The notes beneath the pieces are model-generated. The model was not told the origin of the DNA and did not search any database. It saw nothing but the letters and a program-made list of their open reading frames with translations. A stretch of 60,138 bases of DNA from an uncultured Verrucomicrobiae bacterium (GTDB lineage Bacteria; Verrucomicrobiota; Verrucomicrobiia; Limisphaerales; JAFGQR01), in NCBI GenBank assembly GCA_963788655.1, contig CAWBHS010000109.1, positions 1-60,138 of the forward strand, given 5' to 3'. A program made the position numbers and the translations under genes. The number at the start of each line of letters is the position of its first letter. Position 1 is the stretch's first letter. Positions 59,845 to 60,138 of this stretch are shown piece after piece.

Positions 59845-59903
59845 ACGCTGGCGCAGCTTCTCAGCTACAAACCCCTCTCAAGTGAGGGTAAGCTCACTCA
59901 CTC
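59845..59903 (+). repeat. 59-bp junction element, copy 2
   Basis: 51 of 59 identical to 47472-47530. Confidence 0.85.
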
Positions 59904-60138
59904 GATTGAACATCCCAATACCATGCCCACCACCGAGTGCTTTCCAGGTTCACCCTGTGAGATATACTGGGTTCTAGCATGAAAGGGCCAGTTGGAAGGC
60001 GACGCTGGAAGATTTCTCGGTATCCAACGGTGCAAGTATCTCACGGGGTAAAACCAAGAGCGTGGTTTCGCAAGTGTATTTCACCTCAGCACACCCAGTT
60101 CGCTTTCAGCCAATGCACCTTGGAACTTACCACGAGCT

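Overview
Bacterial chromosomal window. Gene content, secreted-protein style and intergenic repeats suggest Verrucomicrobiota (Pedosphaera/Limisphaera-like); this is an inference. Single-base frameshifts are pervasive, even in dnaK, groES/EL and hisD/C, and look like uncorrected long-read errors. Positions 1-36.6 kb are mostly housekeeping and metabolic: MFS transporter, DUF1080 protein, a glutaminase-like/URO-D-family/galK cluster, hisD-hisC-pyrE, lipA, a secreted S74-chaperone fibre pair, an RluA-methyltransferase fusion, ClC, mnmG, dnaK-groES-groEL, glcD/glcF and a nitrilase. Positions 37-60 kb are a polymorphic Rhs (YD-repeat) locus: a mini-AraC gene, a large secreted partner gene, and three Rhs modules. 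Each module has a different C-terminal tip followed by an exported (signal peptide or lipoprotein) candidate immunity gene, and modules 1 and 2 share a ~4.3 kb duplicated core. Hidden non-coding signals include a perfect parS palindrome inside mnmG, palindromic REP-like elements inserted in-frame into two enzymes, a decayed tandem of tRNA-like elements, a 69-nt CCA-ending hairpin RNA candidate, a sigma54-driven sRNA candidate, and a 59-bp element repeated at Rhs module junctions.
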